A stretch of 43,974 bases of DNA from Patescibacteria group bacterium (GCA_041747555.1 JBGTEY010000006.1:1-43974), one strand, 5' to 3'; positions 18,137 to 27,668 are shown, counted from the first letter of the stretch. Numbers and translations are program-made. The notes: generated from the letters alone by a model not told the origin.

Positions 18137-20398
18137 ATGACGACGAAACAGTCACATCACCGTACCAAACAGGTCCGTAGGGTTTGTTATGGGTGTGCGA
18201 AACAACTATTACTTCGATCTGCACTGAAGCTGCGAACAAAACCAGTGAGAAAGGTAGTTGCGCAACCAGCGCTGCACCCAACGTTTTTTTCTAAGGTTGG
18301 CGAGGCGGTCCTGTTCTTCCACCATCACTTTATAGTTTCTTTTTTTCATACTGGAAAACGGTATTCGTTCCACGCACTGAGCGCGTTGATGTTGAGCATT
18401 GGTATTTTTGCATCAACATTTTGGCTACATGAAAACATATTTAAAGACTTGCCATCACCGCAAGATTTAACGAGCTCACCGCCACATGTTTCAACCAAAA
18501 TATTAGACAGAAATGGTAAAGTTTTATTTCGAATATACGAAGATGAGAATCGGACCATCATTCCACTTTCTCAAATTCCGCTCCATATGATACTTGCGAC
18601 AATTGCAATTGAAGACCAAGATTTTTATGAGCACCATGGTTTTTCAGTCAGAGGCATATCGCGAGCCATTATTTCAAATTTAGAAGGAAAGCAAATCCAA
18701 GGAGGCTCAACAATTACGCAGCAACTAGTAAAAAATCGCCTCCTCACTTCCGAAAAAACATTTACCAGAAAAATTCGTGAGTTAATTCTTTCAATTCTCG
18801 TTGAAGGCGCGTATACCAAAAATGAAATTCTGGAAATGTATCTCAACACCGTTGCGTATGGCGGCGCCACATATGGTATCGAAGAAGCCTCCCAAAAATA
18901 CTTCAGTAAGCATGCTCGCTACCTTACGATTGCAGAAGCTGCCATGCTCGCCGGCCTCCCCGCTGCACCTTCTGATTTCACACCTTTTGGATCATCACCT
19001 GAGCTTGCATATGCACGTCAAGAAGAAGTATTACGAAGAATGGTAGAAGATGGATCGCTATCTGAAAGACAAGCTCAGCAGGCTCGAAGTGAACACCTTC
19101 AGTTTAATAAAAATCAAATAGATATATCTGCTCCTCATTTTGTGATGTATGTCAAAAAAATGCTGATAGAAAGTTTCGGTGAGGATGTGTTAAATCAAGG
19201 TGGACTTGAAGTGCGCACAACACTAGACTCTACACTTCAGAATTTTGCCCAAGAAACGATTAGTGCCGAGGTAGCGGCGTTGCAAGGCCTCAACATTTCC
19301 AACGGTGCAGCACTCATCACCAACCCCCAAACAGGCGAGGTATTGGCAATGGTTGGGAGTGTCAATTACTTTGATTTTGAAAATGACGGTCAAGTAAACG
19401 TCACCCAGCGCCCCAGACAACCAGGGAGCTCAATCAAGCCGCTCACATACGCACTTGCGCTCTCAAATGGCTTTACTGCAGCGAGCATCATTGAGGACAC
19501 GCCAATTACCTACCACATTGAGGGTTCTAAACCATACAGTCCATCAAATTATGATGGGAAATTTCATGGAAAAGTATCTGTTAGAGAAGCACTCGCATCG
19601 TCATACAACATTCCAGCCGTAAAAGTAGTGTCTGAAGTAGGAGTAGACAACCTCATAAACGTTGGTAAACAACTGGGAATCACCACCTGGAATGACACGA
19701 ATCGCTTTGGCCTCTCACTAACACTTGGTGGTGGCGAAATCCTTATGACTGAAATGGCTCAGGTGTATGGCTCATTTGCCGCAGAGGGTTCTTACGTGCC
19801 ACTCAATCCAATAATGGAAGTTACCAATTACCGAGGTGAAACACTCTATAAGAATCGCTGCGCTCTCGAGGAAAAAGGCTGCAGAAAAGGCCAGGTTTTC
19901 TCTGAAGCGGTTGCCTATCTCATAACCAGTATTCTATCCGATGATGACGCGCGCGCGCCAGCATTTGGTCTCAACTCAACCTTGAGCATTCCAAACCAAC
20001 AAGTGGCGGTAAAAACAGGGACTACCAACAACTTACGTGATAACTGGACCTTTGGATACACGACAGATCGATTAGTGGCAGTTTGGGTTGGGAACAATGA
20101 CAACACACCTATGAGCTACGTCGCTTCTGGAATCACGGGTGCCTCGCCAATTTGGAACACACTCACCCGCGCAGTTTTATCTGATGAGAACCCTCACGCC
20201 TTTGTCCAGCCAGATACGGTCAATCAAGTTGCGGTCTGTCCAAGATATCGAACAACATTTTGCCCAGAATGTCAGGGGGTGGAAACCGAACTTTTTGAAG
20301 TCGGAACAGAACCAGATGCACTTTGCGGGCGAGTAGCAGCAGGCCAAAACCCAGCTACGTGGACAGAATATGGAGGATATACGACACCAGCGCCGTGA
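18137..20398 (+). CDS. Class A penicillin-binding protein, second copy, 753 aa
   Basis: EDQDFYEHHGFS, GGSTITQQLVKN, SSIKP, SYN and KTGTT. The basic N-terminal extension precedes the TM. Confidence 0.92.
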   Translation: MTTKQSHHRTKQVRRVCYGCAKQLLLRSALKLRTKPVRKVVAQPALHPTFFSKVGEAVLFFHHHFIVSFFHTGKRYSFHALSALMLSIGIFASTFWLHENIFKDLPSPQDLTSSPPHVSTKILDRNGKVLFRIYEDENRTIIPLSQIPLHMILATIAIEDQDFYEHHGFSVRGISRAIISNLEGKQIQGGSTITQQLVKNRLLTSEKTFTRKIRELILSILVEGAYTKNEILEMYLNTVAYGGATYGIEEASQKYFSKHARYLTIAEAAMLAGLPAAPSDFTPFGSSPELAYARQEEVLRRMVEDGSLSERQAQQARSEHLQFNKNQIDISAPHFVMYVKKMLIESFGEDVLNQGGLEVRTTLDSTLQNFAQETISAEVAALQGLNISNGAALITNPQTGEVLAMVGSVNYFDFENDGQVNVTQRPRQPGSSIKPLTYALALSNGFTAASIIEDTPITYHIEGSKPYSPSNYDGKFHGKVSVREALASSYNIPAVKVVSEVGVDNLINVGKQLGITTWNDTNRFGLSLTLGGGEILMTEMAQVYGSFAAEGSYVPLNPIMEVTNYRGETLYKNRCALEEKGCRKGQVFSEAVAYLITSILSDDDARAPAFGLNSTLSIPNQQVAVKTGTTNNLRDNWTFGYTTDRLVAVWVGNNDNTPMSYVASGITGASPIWNTLTRAVLSDENPHAFVQPDTVNQVAVCPRYRTTFCPECQGVETELFEVGTEPDALCGRVAAGQNPATWTEYGGYTTPAP

Positions 20399-20567
20399 GA
20401 ATTAATAGAATTGGAGCGATAAGACGCTCAATTAATTCGCGTCTTTTTTTTGCGTCCTTTTCTTGTTTCTTTAGCTCACGCTCTCGTTGACGCTCAATTT
20501 TTTTGGCTTCAATTTCTTCTGTTCGTTTGCGGTACACTTCTGGATCGATGGGGCCTTTGGATTGCAT
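20355..20567 (-). CDS. Small Lys/Glu-rich tail-anchored protein, 70 aa (tentative)
   Basis: ATG 20567 lies 12 nt after the cmk stop. A charged helix (KKIERQRERELKKQEKDAKKRRE) is followed by a C-terminal TM. Its 3' end overlaps the convergent PBP gene by 44 nt. No clear SD. Confidence 0.4.
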   Translation of the reverse strand: MQSKGPIDPEVYRKRTEEIEAKKIERQRERELKKQEKDAKKRRELIERLIAPILLILTALVSYILHILST

Positions 20568-20579
20568 AGCATTCTTTGT

Positions 20580-21275
20580 TTAGCTTTGACGCATGACAGT
20601 GACTTTTTGTTCAATCAAATCAACAACTTGCAAAATACTTAAATCACTCGTATCGACAACCAATGCATCGTCAACTATCTTGAGTGGATCGGCATGTCGC
20701 TCAGTGTCTTGCTTGTCTCTTTTAATCAGATCTTCAAGTACTTCCTCAAAGCTAATATCTTCACCTCGGGTTTGCAACTGAAGACTCCTACGTTTGGCTC
20801 TCACCGTTTGACTCGCAGTTAAAAATATTTTTAGATCAGCATCAGGGAGTACGCGATACGTAATGTCACGCCCTTCCATGACAACGTCTTTATTTTCTGC
20901 AATTATTTGTTGCTTTTCTACTAAGGTTTTTCGCACACCGGCAAGCTTTGAAACTTCGGATGCGCCCGCACTGATCTCTTCGGTTCGAATCGCCCATGAC
21001 ACATCTTCGCCATTTAGGATAACAGTTATCAAACGACCGTCCTTCTCATGCTCTTCTGGATTTTTCATGTCTAATTGAGAAGCAGTAATTAACTCAATTA
21101 TTTTTTGCTCTTCCGTAAAAGGCACTTCGTTTTTCTTTGCTAAAAATGCAGCGACTCGATACATTGCACCAGTATCGACATACAAGAAACCAAGTCGCTC
21201 AGCTACAAGCCGAGAAACGGTACCTTTTCCAGCCGAAACTGGACCATCAATAGCAATTCGAAAATATTTTTCCAT
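20580..21275 (-). CDS. cmk: Cytidylate kinase, 231 aa
   Basis: IAIDGPVSAGKGTVSRLVAERLGFLYVDTGAMYR. Start moved to ATG 21275 (MEKYFRIAIDGP). Confidence 0.93.
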   Translation of the reverse strand: MEKYFRIAIDGPVSAGKGTVSRLVAERLGFLYVDTGAMYRVAAFLAKKNEVPFTEEQKIIELITASQLDMKNPEEHEKDGRLITVILNGEDVSWAIRTEEISAGASEVSKLAGVRKTLVEKQQIIAENKDVVMEGRDITYRVLPDADLKIFLTASQTVRAKRRSLQLQTRGEDISFEEVLEDLIKRDKQDTERHADPLKIVDDALVVDTSDLSILQVVDLIEQKVTVMRQS

Positions 21276-21315
21276 TATAAAAAATGCCACACCTACTCAT
21301 TGCAGGGCGATACAC

Positions 21316-21324
21316 AGTATAGCA
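21316..21324 (-). promoter_or_regulatory. Extended -10-like box TGcTATACT upstream of cmk
   Basis: Plus strand reads agtatagca at 21316-21324, about 40 nt upstream of ATG 21275. Confidence 0.3.
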
Positions 21325-21329
21325 GGTTA

Positions 21330-21575
21330 TTATGAACGCTTGCTGCGCTTTTTCTTGGAGGAAATAGACTTTGTGCTTTTTTTACCTGCACTTGATGTTT
21401 TTGGTGATCCATACCATTCATTGGTATCAGAAGTAAGCAACCCACCAAGTCCGACAACAATTAGCATCAAAGGCCAAAGGTTCCAAAACTCTCGAGGAAG
21501 CATTCCAAGATTGGATGCAAGAAAGACAAGTCCCATAACTACTAGTGCGGCTGGCCAAAAAACTCGTTTGGGCAT
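21330..21575 (-). CDS. Small membrane protein (two TM, LiaF/DUF5668-like N-terminal region, basic Ser/Lys tail), 81 aa
   Basis: WPAALVVMGLVFLASNLGML...WPLMLIVVGLGGLL. AAAGGAG lies 8 nt upstream of the ATG. Confidence 0.6.
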   Translation of the reverse strand: MPKRVFWPAALVVMGLVFLASNLGMLPREFWNLWPLMLIVVGLGGLLTSDTNEWYGSPKTSSAGKKSTKSISSKKKRSKRS

Positions 21576-21674
21576 GATTGTAACTCCTTTCGGGTAGTAA
21601 CTCTGCTAATTACTATTAAAGATGATTTTTAAACAATTGTCGAGAGCTATTTGTAAGATTGGTGGCGCTGAAGG

Positions 21675-22118
21675 TCAATATCGCTGCTTCATCTGTCGCT
21701 CCACATCGCGCTGCTGATCGCGACGCTTGAGAACTTCTCGTTTTTGAAATTTCTTGAGTGGTTTGCCCACACCAAGTTTGAGCTTTATTCTGTTGTGCAG
21801 TAATACGAACGACATGGGGACAAGCACAACATTTTTTTGATCAATAGTAGCGAGCAACTTATCAATTTCTTTGCGACGCATCAACAATTTCCTGGTGCGT
21901 TTGGGTTCGTAGGTAGGATCTGTGGCAAATTTATAAAGGTTGATCTGTGCGTTGATCAAAAACAACTCACCCTGAAGTGGCTTTATGTAACTCCCTATCA
22001 AACTACCGTGCTTGAGTCGTAAACTTTTTACTTCGGCACCAGTCAATTCAATGCCAGCAATATGTGTGTCGCTAATATCATACTCATGTCTCGCTCGTTT
22101 ATTTGAAATTATGACCAT
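21675..22118 (-). CDS. smpB: SsrA-binding protein SmpB, 147 aa
   Basis: NKRARHEYDI..T..AGIELTGAEVKSLR signature, typical length, basic C-terminal tail. Confidence 0.95.
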   Translation of the reverse strand: MVIISNKRARHEYDISDTHIAGIELTGAEVKSLRLKHGSLIGSYIKPLQGELFLINAQINLYKFATDPTYEPKRTRKLLMRRKEIDKLLATIDQKNVVLVPMSFVLLHNRIKLKLGVGKPLKKFQKREVLKRRDQQRDVERQMKQRY

Positions 22119-22127
22119 GGCACCATT

Positions 22128-24356
22128 CTACAACGGAATTTCAAAGACAATGGAACCACTGACCGCAAATGACTTTCCCATTGGCTCATCAACAAATAGA
22201 CTTGTTGCTGATGCCAGTGATGGGCTTTTTACTTCTCGCAAAAAAGATCCATCTTTACCCAGAATTACCATCCTGCTTTTATCAGGCTCTAGCACGTATA
22301 AGTTTTGGTGCTGGTCGCTCGTCACAAGTGATAGTGGTGTTGATAATGCTTCTGAAATCCCCAGTATGGCAAATTCTTGCTCTTCGCCTGATACAAATCG
22401 CTTAATTTCTCCCATTTCTGTCGCTATCCACACCCCATCGTCAATCGCAATACTTCGAATACTTGCAAAATCTAACCCTAGGCTAGATCGAAACCAGCCA
22501 ATTGGCTCAGAGTATTCACCGTCGTTCTCTGCATATCGATATAAATGCCGTTTCTCTGGATTGAGCACATACAGAAATCGCTCGTAGGCGTTGAGCAGCG
22601 TGCCAGCGGAACTTGAATCACCTGACTGAATGAGCTGCTCTATTTCGTTCTCTTCTGACATTGAAACAGCTTGCACGCCATCTGCGAGAAGCAACGCTCT
22701 CCCATCAGACACAATCGCATCTCGAATCGCAGGTAGATCACTGGCTTCAATGAATCGCACCTGCTTGCTCTCTAGTTCGAGCAATACAATATTTTTTGAT
22801 TGAGTATCTACAAACACTGCCAATCCATCATCGCTATCTGCTAGAGACGCTATAAAATCTGACCTGACCAGTCGCAAGTCATAAAAAACATCGAGTGCAG
22901 CTAATTCTTCCCTACCTGAAATATCTTCGAGCAATGCCTCTGCTTGTGCCAACTCTGCCTCAATAGCAGCAATCATAATTGCATCATCTTGATGTTCTTG
23001 CCTGAGTGCTTGCAATTGCAGAATATTTGCAGCAATGATATCTCTTGACTCAAGAGGGCTTTCTGCGACTCGTAGACTCGCTTCTGTGTTTTGCTGAGAA
23101 ATTGGGGTGATGAGCGATTGCGCAGCATCAACTCGTTGCTGGCGTGTGCGCAACGTTATGAAAATAGTTGCGATTAATACGCCAAATATAGCAAGTATTC
23201 CAATGACAAATATGAGTCGTTTGTTTGAAGATCGTAGCTTTGAAAGAGTTGGCCCGCGAAAGGTTTTGAAAGAGCTGCTTTTTGTGGATGATGTGACGGG
23301 CGAAACCATTGAGGGTGCAACTGAGGTTGACGCCGGTGCTGTAAAAGTTTCAGCGATTGCTGAGCTCGTTGTGTTAGGTTCCAACGCGTCATCTTTTGTG
23401 TCGGTGACTACTGAATGCTCCTCATCCAATGCTTGGTCAGAATCAGTTTTTGATGTCGATCTCTGCTTAATTCTGGTCATAAGAGCAGCAACTAATTGTG
23501 AAAGTAGCTGAAACAATCCAGAAAATAATTTGAATATCGTAGTGAATATCCATGACACAGCAATAACAAGTGCCCCCATAACTACGCTAAAAATCATTTT
23601 GAAAATAGATGTATTTTTTGCTTGTGTAACCATAGCATCTTCAAGCAGGTCAGAAAGTTCCTCATCGGTCTCTTCATGATTGTCGGTAGAGTTTGACGGC
23701 CTGTCATCAGAATCAGCATGTACATCGGCGCTTGAAAGAGATCCTGACTCCATATCGTAACCATCATCTGGCACAATCACTGCCCTTTCAACCAACTCAG
23801 AAATAAATGCTAGAGAAGAAAGTGATGAATCTTGCTGCCCATGGATACCTGGCACTACAGAAGTAATAATGGTGTCGACTTCGTATCCTTGGGTAAACTT
23901 TTGTTCAACTTCACTTAAGAATGTAGACGTTTGGTTGGTGGCAAGCACAAAAATATCATCATCAGTAATTGAACCCTGCACGATGCGTATTGATTTATTT
24001 GACTTAGCCACTTGACCGAATCGATCGCCACGCTTAAGCATGACGCTTCCTTGGTAAGCGGCAAAGGCTCCTTTTGCTGGACCCTTAAATACACCTCCTG
24101 CAAAAGATATGGTGCATCCATTATTTTGGCTCTCTTCTACCAAACTAGTAACCAAATCATGAAAATCAGTAACACTTTGGACATGTGCGTCATTAATATA
24201 CTCAGTCAGCGCACGTCCAACATTTCCCGCTTGTCTACCAGACACGGCAAACGCGGCTACAAGTTGTGTGCCAGGAGGGTTTGTGCTATTTATGACGTGT
24301 GACCAGCCATCAAACTGTGGTAAACCAACGACTGGCGTAACCTTACGTGTTGGCAT
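22128..24356 (-). CDS. Large bitopic membrane protein of unknown function, 742 aa
   Basis: The roughly 200-aa N-terminal domain is vaguely PP2C/SpoIIE-like in pattern but lacks obvious metal-binding Asp motifs. It has an acidic linker and two to three TM segments (IFKMIFSVVMGALVIAVSWIF, LIFVIGILAIFGVLIATIFITL). The C-terminal ectodomain has repeated LYVL-P-K-type strands, suggesting a beta-propeller. Confidence 0.78.
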   Translation of the reverse strand: MPTRKVTPVVGLPQFDGWSHVINSTNPPGTQLVAAFAVSGRQAGNVGRALTEYINDAHVQSVTDFHDLVTSLVEESQNNGCTISFAGGVFKGPAKGAFAAYQGSVMLKRGDRFGQVAKSNKSIRIVQGSITDDDIFVLATNQTSTFLSEVEQKFTQGYEVDTIITSVVPGIHGQQDSSLSSLAFISELVERAVIVPDDGYDMESGSLSSADVHADSDDRPSNSTDNHEETDEELSDLLEDAMVTQAKNTSIFKMIFSVVMGALVIAVSWIFTTIFKLFSGLFQLLSQLVAALMTRIKQRSTSKTDSDQALDEEHSVVTDTKDDALEPNTTSSAIAETFTAPASTSVAPSMVSPVTSSTKSSSFKTFRGPTLSKLRSSNKRLIFVIGILAIFGVLIATIFITLRTRQQRVDAAQSLITPISQQNTEASLRVAESPLESRDIIAANILQLQALRQEHQDDAIMIAAIEAELAQAEALLEDISGREELAALDVFYDLRLVRSDFIASLADSDDGLAVFVDTQSKNIVLLELESKQVRFIEASDLPAIRDAIVSDGRALLLADGVQAVSMSEENEIEQLIQSGDSSSAGTLLNAYERFLYVLNPEKRHLYRYAENDGEYSEPIGWFRSSLGLDFASIRSIAIDDGVWIATEMGEIKRFVSGEEQEFAILGISEALSTPLSLVTSDQHQNLYVLEPDKSRMVILGKDGSFLREVKSPSLASATSLFVDEPMGKSFAVSGSIVFEIPL

Positions 24357-24362
24357 AGGTGC

Positions 24363-24371
24363 ATTGTAGCA
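24363..24371 (-). promoter_or_regulatory. Extended -10 box TGcTACAAT, 6 nt upstream of ATG 24356 (leaderless candidate)
   Basis: Plus strand reads attgtagca at 24363-24371; on the minus strand it reads TGCTACAAT gcacct ATG. Confidence 0.45.
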
Positions 24372-24425
24372 TGAAGTGATTTGGTACGTTGCTCTCCGTT
24401 GCGATTTGTGACTGATTGGTGTGGT

Positions 24426-24689
24426 TTATAGGAGGAATGCGAAATAGACGGCCACCAGAAGTGCTAAGAGCAGGTGTATCTGCCCCAAAATAGTCACGGT
24501 AGGTGAAAAAGTAGTATGTACCGTTTTTTTCATTAACTGGATTTGACGAATAATGACCACCGAAAAAATAAGATAGAAAAGCATGCCAACAATGAGCATT
24601 GCTTTCACCAGAAGATGAATTCCGTCTCCCACATCTCCAATGGTAAATTCTTGAGGGCTAAGGGTGGTAAAAAGTTGCAGTACAATCAT
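24426..24689 (-). CDS. Small two-TM membrane protein, 87 aa
   Basis: Two hydrophobic helices (LLVKAMLIVGMLFYLIFSVVII, ILGQIHLLLALLVAVYFAFLL). It begins 6 nt after the upstream gene's stop. Confidence 0.55.
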   Translation of the reverse strand: MIVLQLFTTLSPQEFTIGDVGDGIHLLVKAMLIVGMLFYLIFSVVIIRQIQLMKKTVHTTFSPTVTILGQIHLLLALLVAVYFAFLL

Positions 24690-24695
24690 AGTCGG

Positions 24696-25385
24696 TTACG
24701 AAACTCGTCCTTCTATTTGCTCACGTTCTTCTTCTAAAATTAATTCATTCAGCAATGTCGTAACTTTGGATGGTTGAGGCACATCTTCGAAAGAAAATTC
24801 TTGTTTAGTGGCGGCGGTTTGCACTACGATGGTTCCAAAGTTGAAAATTGATGACATTACACCACTCGCGACGGTCGTAATATCCTCTATATTCTCTATT
24901 TTGGCAGTAGAAACGTCTTTATGAAGGAGCGAGGTAAATTCAACGTCAATAATTCGTTCATCGGTAATGATGTATACATGAAAAAACCACTTCAAAAATG
25001 ATTTGAGTGAAAAACCAACTATCGCCAGATACCACCCCAACCCAATCGCGAATTGATACGAGGGTGACAGAAAACCAAACATGTCAATGGCGGTAACCAG
25101 CCAAGGCGTGAGTGCCAACCCAAATGCGATTGCAACCCACCTGAGTTGAGTAATCGGGTGACGACGTAGCAACAGTATAATATGCTCATCATTGGCTTGT
25201 ATATCTATCGAAATATCAACAGGTTTTGGTGAAAAAGAAGTAAGTAGCTTTGTGCAAGGTTTCTCCCCTCGCATCACCGATGAGTAGTCATCTACATAGC
25301 GGTGTCCATGACGACCCGGCCGTTTGTGCTGGGGTGTTTCATTATTTTGGTCTTGTAGATCAGAGCTATCAAAAATTTTCGGCAT
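24696..25385 (-). CDS. Membrane protein with a bacterial PH (bPH_2/YdbS-YdbT-like) domain, 229 aa
   Basis: Two TM helices followed by VYIITDERIIDVEF...AKIENIEDIT...FGTIVVQTA, typical of bPH domains. The track start at 25436 is TTG; ATG 25385 has an extended -10 box 10 nt upstream. Confidence 0.68.
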   Translation of the reverse strand: MPKIFDSSDLQDQNNETPQHKRPGRHGHRYVDDYSSVMRGEKPCTKLLTSFSPKPVDISIDIQANDEHIILLLRRHPITQLRWVAIAFGLALTPWLVTAIDMFGFLSPSYQFAIGLGWYLAIVGFSLKSFLKWFFHVYIITDERIIDVEFTSLLHKDVSTAKIENIEDITTVASGVMSSIFNFGTIVVQTAATKQEFSFEDVPQPSKVTTLLNELILEEEREQIEGRVS

Positions 25386-25395
25386 CTTTAGATGA

Positions 25396-25404
25396 ATTAT
25401 ACCA
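25396..25404 (-). promoter_or_regulatory. Extended -10 box TGgTATAAT, 10 nt upstream of ATG 25385
   Basis: Plus strand reads attatacca at 25396-25404. Confidence 0.4.
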
Positions 25405-25437
25405 GTTTCAGGGGAAATATGCTTAATTATCCGCAAC

Positions 25438-27240
25438 TTACCGCTTTAAAACAGACATAAATACGTTTTGATCAAGCGAGACTCTCCCAATTTGCTTCAT
25501 TTTCTTTTTACCTTTGGCTTGTTTGGAGAGGAGTTTTTTTCTTCTGGTTACGTCGCCGCCATAAAGCTTAGCCGTAACATCTTTTCTATATGCCTTGAGT
25601 GTTTCTCGGGCAATTACTTTTCCACCAATTGCGGCCTGAATTGGCACCTCAAACATTTGTCTTGGTAATACTTCCTTGAGTTTCTTAACCATCGCCCGCC
25701 CCTTTTCATCTGCGCCGTCTGTTACCGTGATAAAACTTAGTGGCTCTACTTCTTCATTGTTGAGCAAAATGGTAACTTTTACCGCACTCACAGGTTTATA
25801 GTCTGTAACAGAGTATTCTAACGAAGCAAAACCAGAAGTTATCGATTTAAGCACGTCGTGAAAGTCGGTAATTAGTTCAGAAAGTGGCACGCTGCAAAAT
25901 AATTGAGTCCGCTCCCCAACATATGCGCTCCGCTCATACTCACCACGCCGCTCTCTAATAATATCCAAAATTGAGCTCATGTATTGAATCGGTGTAATAA
26001 TCCGAACCGAGGCAATTGGCTCAGTAACGCCGCGAATAACGGTAGGATCGGGCATTTGTGCGGGACTTGAAATCTCAAGTACCTCTCCCGTCTGCACCGT
26101 CACGTGATATGTAACCGATGGCGCAGTGGCGATAATTGACACATTCCACTCACGCTGGAGTCGCTCGAGCACAATTTCTGCATGCAAAATTCCCAAGAAA
26201 CCCATTCTCAAGCCACTTCCAAGTGCTGCGGAGTGTGTTCCAGAGTGCGTGAGCGCAGCATCTTTGAGGACTAGTTTTTCTACAGCTTCCTGCAAAATGG
26301 TAAAATCTGCTGAATCGGTCGGGTAAACATCCATAAACACCATTGGCTGTGGTTCTTTGAATCCATCTAATCGCTCAACGACTTTCATATGCTTCGCCTG
26401 AGTAATCGTGTCACCAACCTTGAGGGAGCGAACGTCTTTCAGTCCAGATGCAATGTATCCAACTTCTCCCACACTCAACGACTTCTTCTCTTCCATCACG
26501 GGATTAAAGACACCAACTGACAGCGGTAAAAAACTTTCTTGCGAGGCACACAGAGCCAATTTTTCTCTAGTCAATATTCCATCTACAATCCTCACTAGTG
26601 CAATTGCTCCCTGATGCACGTCAAAATGTGAGGTGATGAGGAGCGCGCGGAGCGGAGCTTCTATTTCTCCCTTGGGCGGGGGAACTTTGTCGATAATGGC
26701 ATGAAGAACCGCTTCGACATTGAGGCCAGTTTTGGCAGAAACGTGGATGATGTCTGTTTCTTCGCAGTTGCAAAGTTCCATAATTTCCAGTACCACTCGA
26801 TCAGTTTCTGCAGAAGGTAGGTCAATTTTATTAATTACAGGAATAACGGTCAGCCCAAGAGCGCGAGCTTGTTCATAGTTTGAAAGCGTCTGTGCTTGAA
26901 TACCCTGCGTTGCGTCTACAACTAGCAATGCACCCTCACCAGCAGCTAGTGACCTACTCACCTCATATCCGAAATCTACATGACCTGGCGTGTCTATCAA
27001 ATTAAGAATGTATTCTTTTCCATCCTTTGTGTAGTTCATCCTCACCGGTGCGAGCTTGATGGTAATTCCCCGCTCTTGCTCAATAGGATTGCTATCCATC
27101 ATTCGCTCACGAAACTGAAGATCTGTTACAGAACGAGTCACTTTGAGAAAACAATCAGTGAGCGTAGTTTTGCCGTGATCAATATGGGCAATAATTGAAA
27201 AATTTCGAATAGCTTGTACGGCCTGACCAGTTGTGGTCAT
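25438..27240 (-). CDS. lepA: Elongation factor 4 (LepA), 600 aa
   Basis: IRNFSIIAHIDHGKTTLTD, DTPGHVDF and NKIDL GTPase motifs plus the LepA C-terminal domain (GGDVTRKKKLL-like GGDVTRRKKLL). AAGGA lies upstream. Confidence 0.97.
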   Translation of the reverse strand: MTTTGQAVQAIRNFSIIAHIDHGKTTLTDCFLKVTRSVTDLQFRERMMDSNPIEQERGITIKLAPVRMNYTKDGKEYILNLIDTPGHVDFGYEVSRSLAAGEGALLVVDATQGIQAQTLSNYEQARALGLTVIPVINKIDLPSAETDRVVLEIMELCNCEETDIIHVSAKTGLNVEAVLHAIIDKVPPPKGEIEAPLRALLITSHFDVHQGAIALVRIVDGILTREKLALCASQESFLPLSVGVFNPVMEEKKSLSVGEVGYIASGLKDVRSLKVGDTITQAKHMKVVERLDGFKEPQPMVFMDVYPTDSADFTILQEAVEKLVLKDAALTHSGTHSAALGSGLRMGFLGILHAEIVLERLQREWNVSIIATAPSVTYHVTVQTGEVLEISSPAQMPDPTVIRGVTEPIASVRIITPIQYMSSILDIIRERRGEYERSAYVGERTQLFCSVPLSELITDFHDVLKSITSGFASLEYSVTDYKPVSAVKVTILLNNEEVEPLSFITVTDGADEKGRAMVKKLKEVLPRQMFEVPIQAAIGGKVIARETLKAYRKDVTAKLYGGDVTRRKKLLSKQAKGKKKMKQIGRVSLDQNVFMSVLKR

Positions 27241-27328
27241 AGTGATATCCTTGACGACTTTAGAGAGTTAAAGCGCACACTCAAATCGAGTCTACATTGT
27301 GAATAGCGTACCATAGGCACGGTGCAAC

Positions 27329-27565
27329 TTACTTAGTGAGAAGTTTAGAAAGTGAACTCTTCATTCGGGCAGCTTTATTGCGATGAACAAGGTTCTGCTT
27401 GACGGCTCGATCAATGCTCGAGAAAGACTCATTGAGGACGTCTGCACTCGGGGTGACTTGCATTTTTCTGACGGTGCTGCGCATCTTTGCGCGCACGACT
27501 GAATTAACAGCTGCTTTTCGTTTGCTGGCTCGGAGTGCTTTTTTGGCGTTCTGTAGTATTGGCAT
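27329..27565 (-). CDS. rpsT: 30S ribosomal protein S20, 78 aa
   Basis: MPILQNAKKALRASKRKAAVN... basic helical protein of typical S20 length. Confidence 0.93.
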   Translation of the reverse strand: MPILQNAKKALRASKRKAAVNSVVRAKMRSTVRKMQVTPSADVLNESFSSIDRAVKQNLVHRNKAARMKSSLSKLLTK

Positions 27566-27574
27566 AGAACGTTG

Positions 27575-27602
27575 ATTATACCAGGGACTCGAGAAATTTC
27601 AA
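27575..27602 (-). promoter_or_regulatory. Promoter of rpsT: TTGAAA, 16-nt spacer, TGgTATAAT, then 9 nt to the ATG (leaderless or near-leaderless)
   Basis: Minus strand reads gtatTTGAAAtttctcgagtcccTGgTATAATcaacgttctATG. There is no SD in the 9-nt interval. Confidence 0.5.
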
Positions 27603-27654
27603 ATACAGACATGGGTGAGGCTTTTAGGATACTATACCGAGACAATATCAGGTG

Positions 27655-27660
27655 TACTAT
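27655..27660 (+). promoter_or_regulatory. -10-like TACTAT, 8 nt upstream of murJ ATG 27669
   Basis: ggtgTACTATagagtcatATG. No convincing -35. Confidence 0.3.
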
Positions 27661-27668
27661 AGAGTCAT

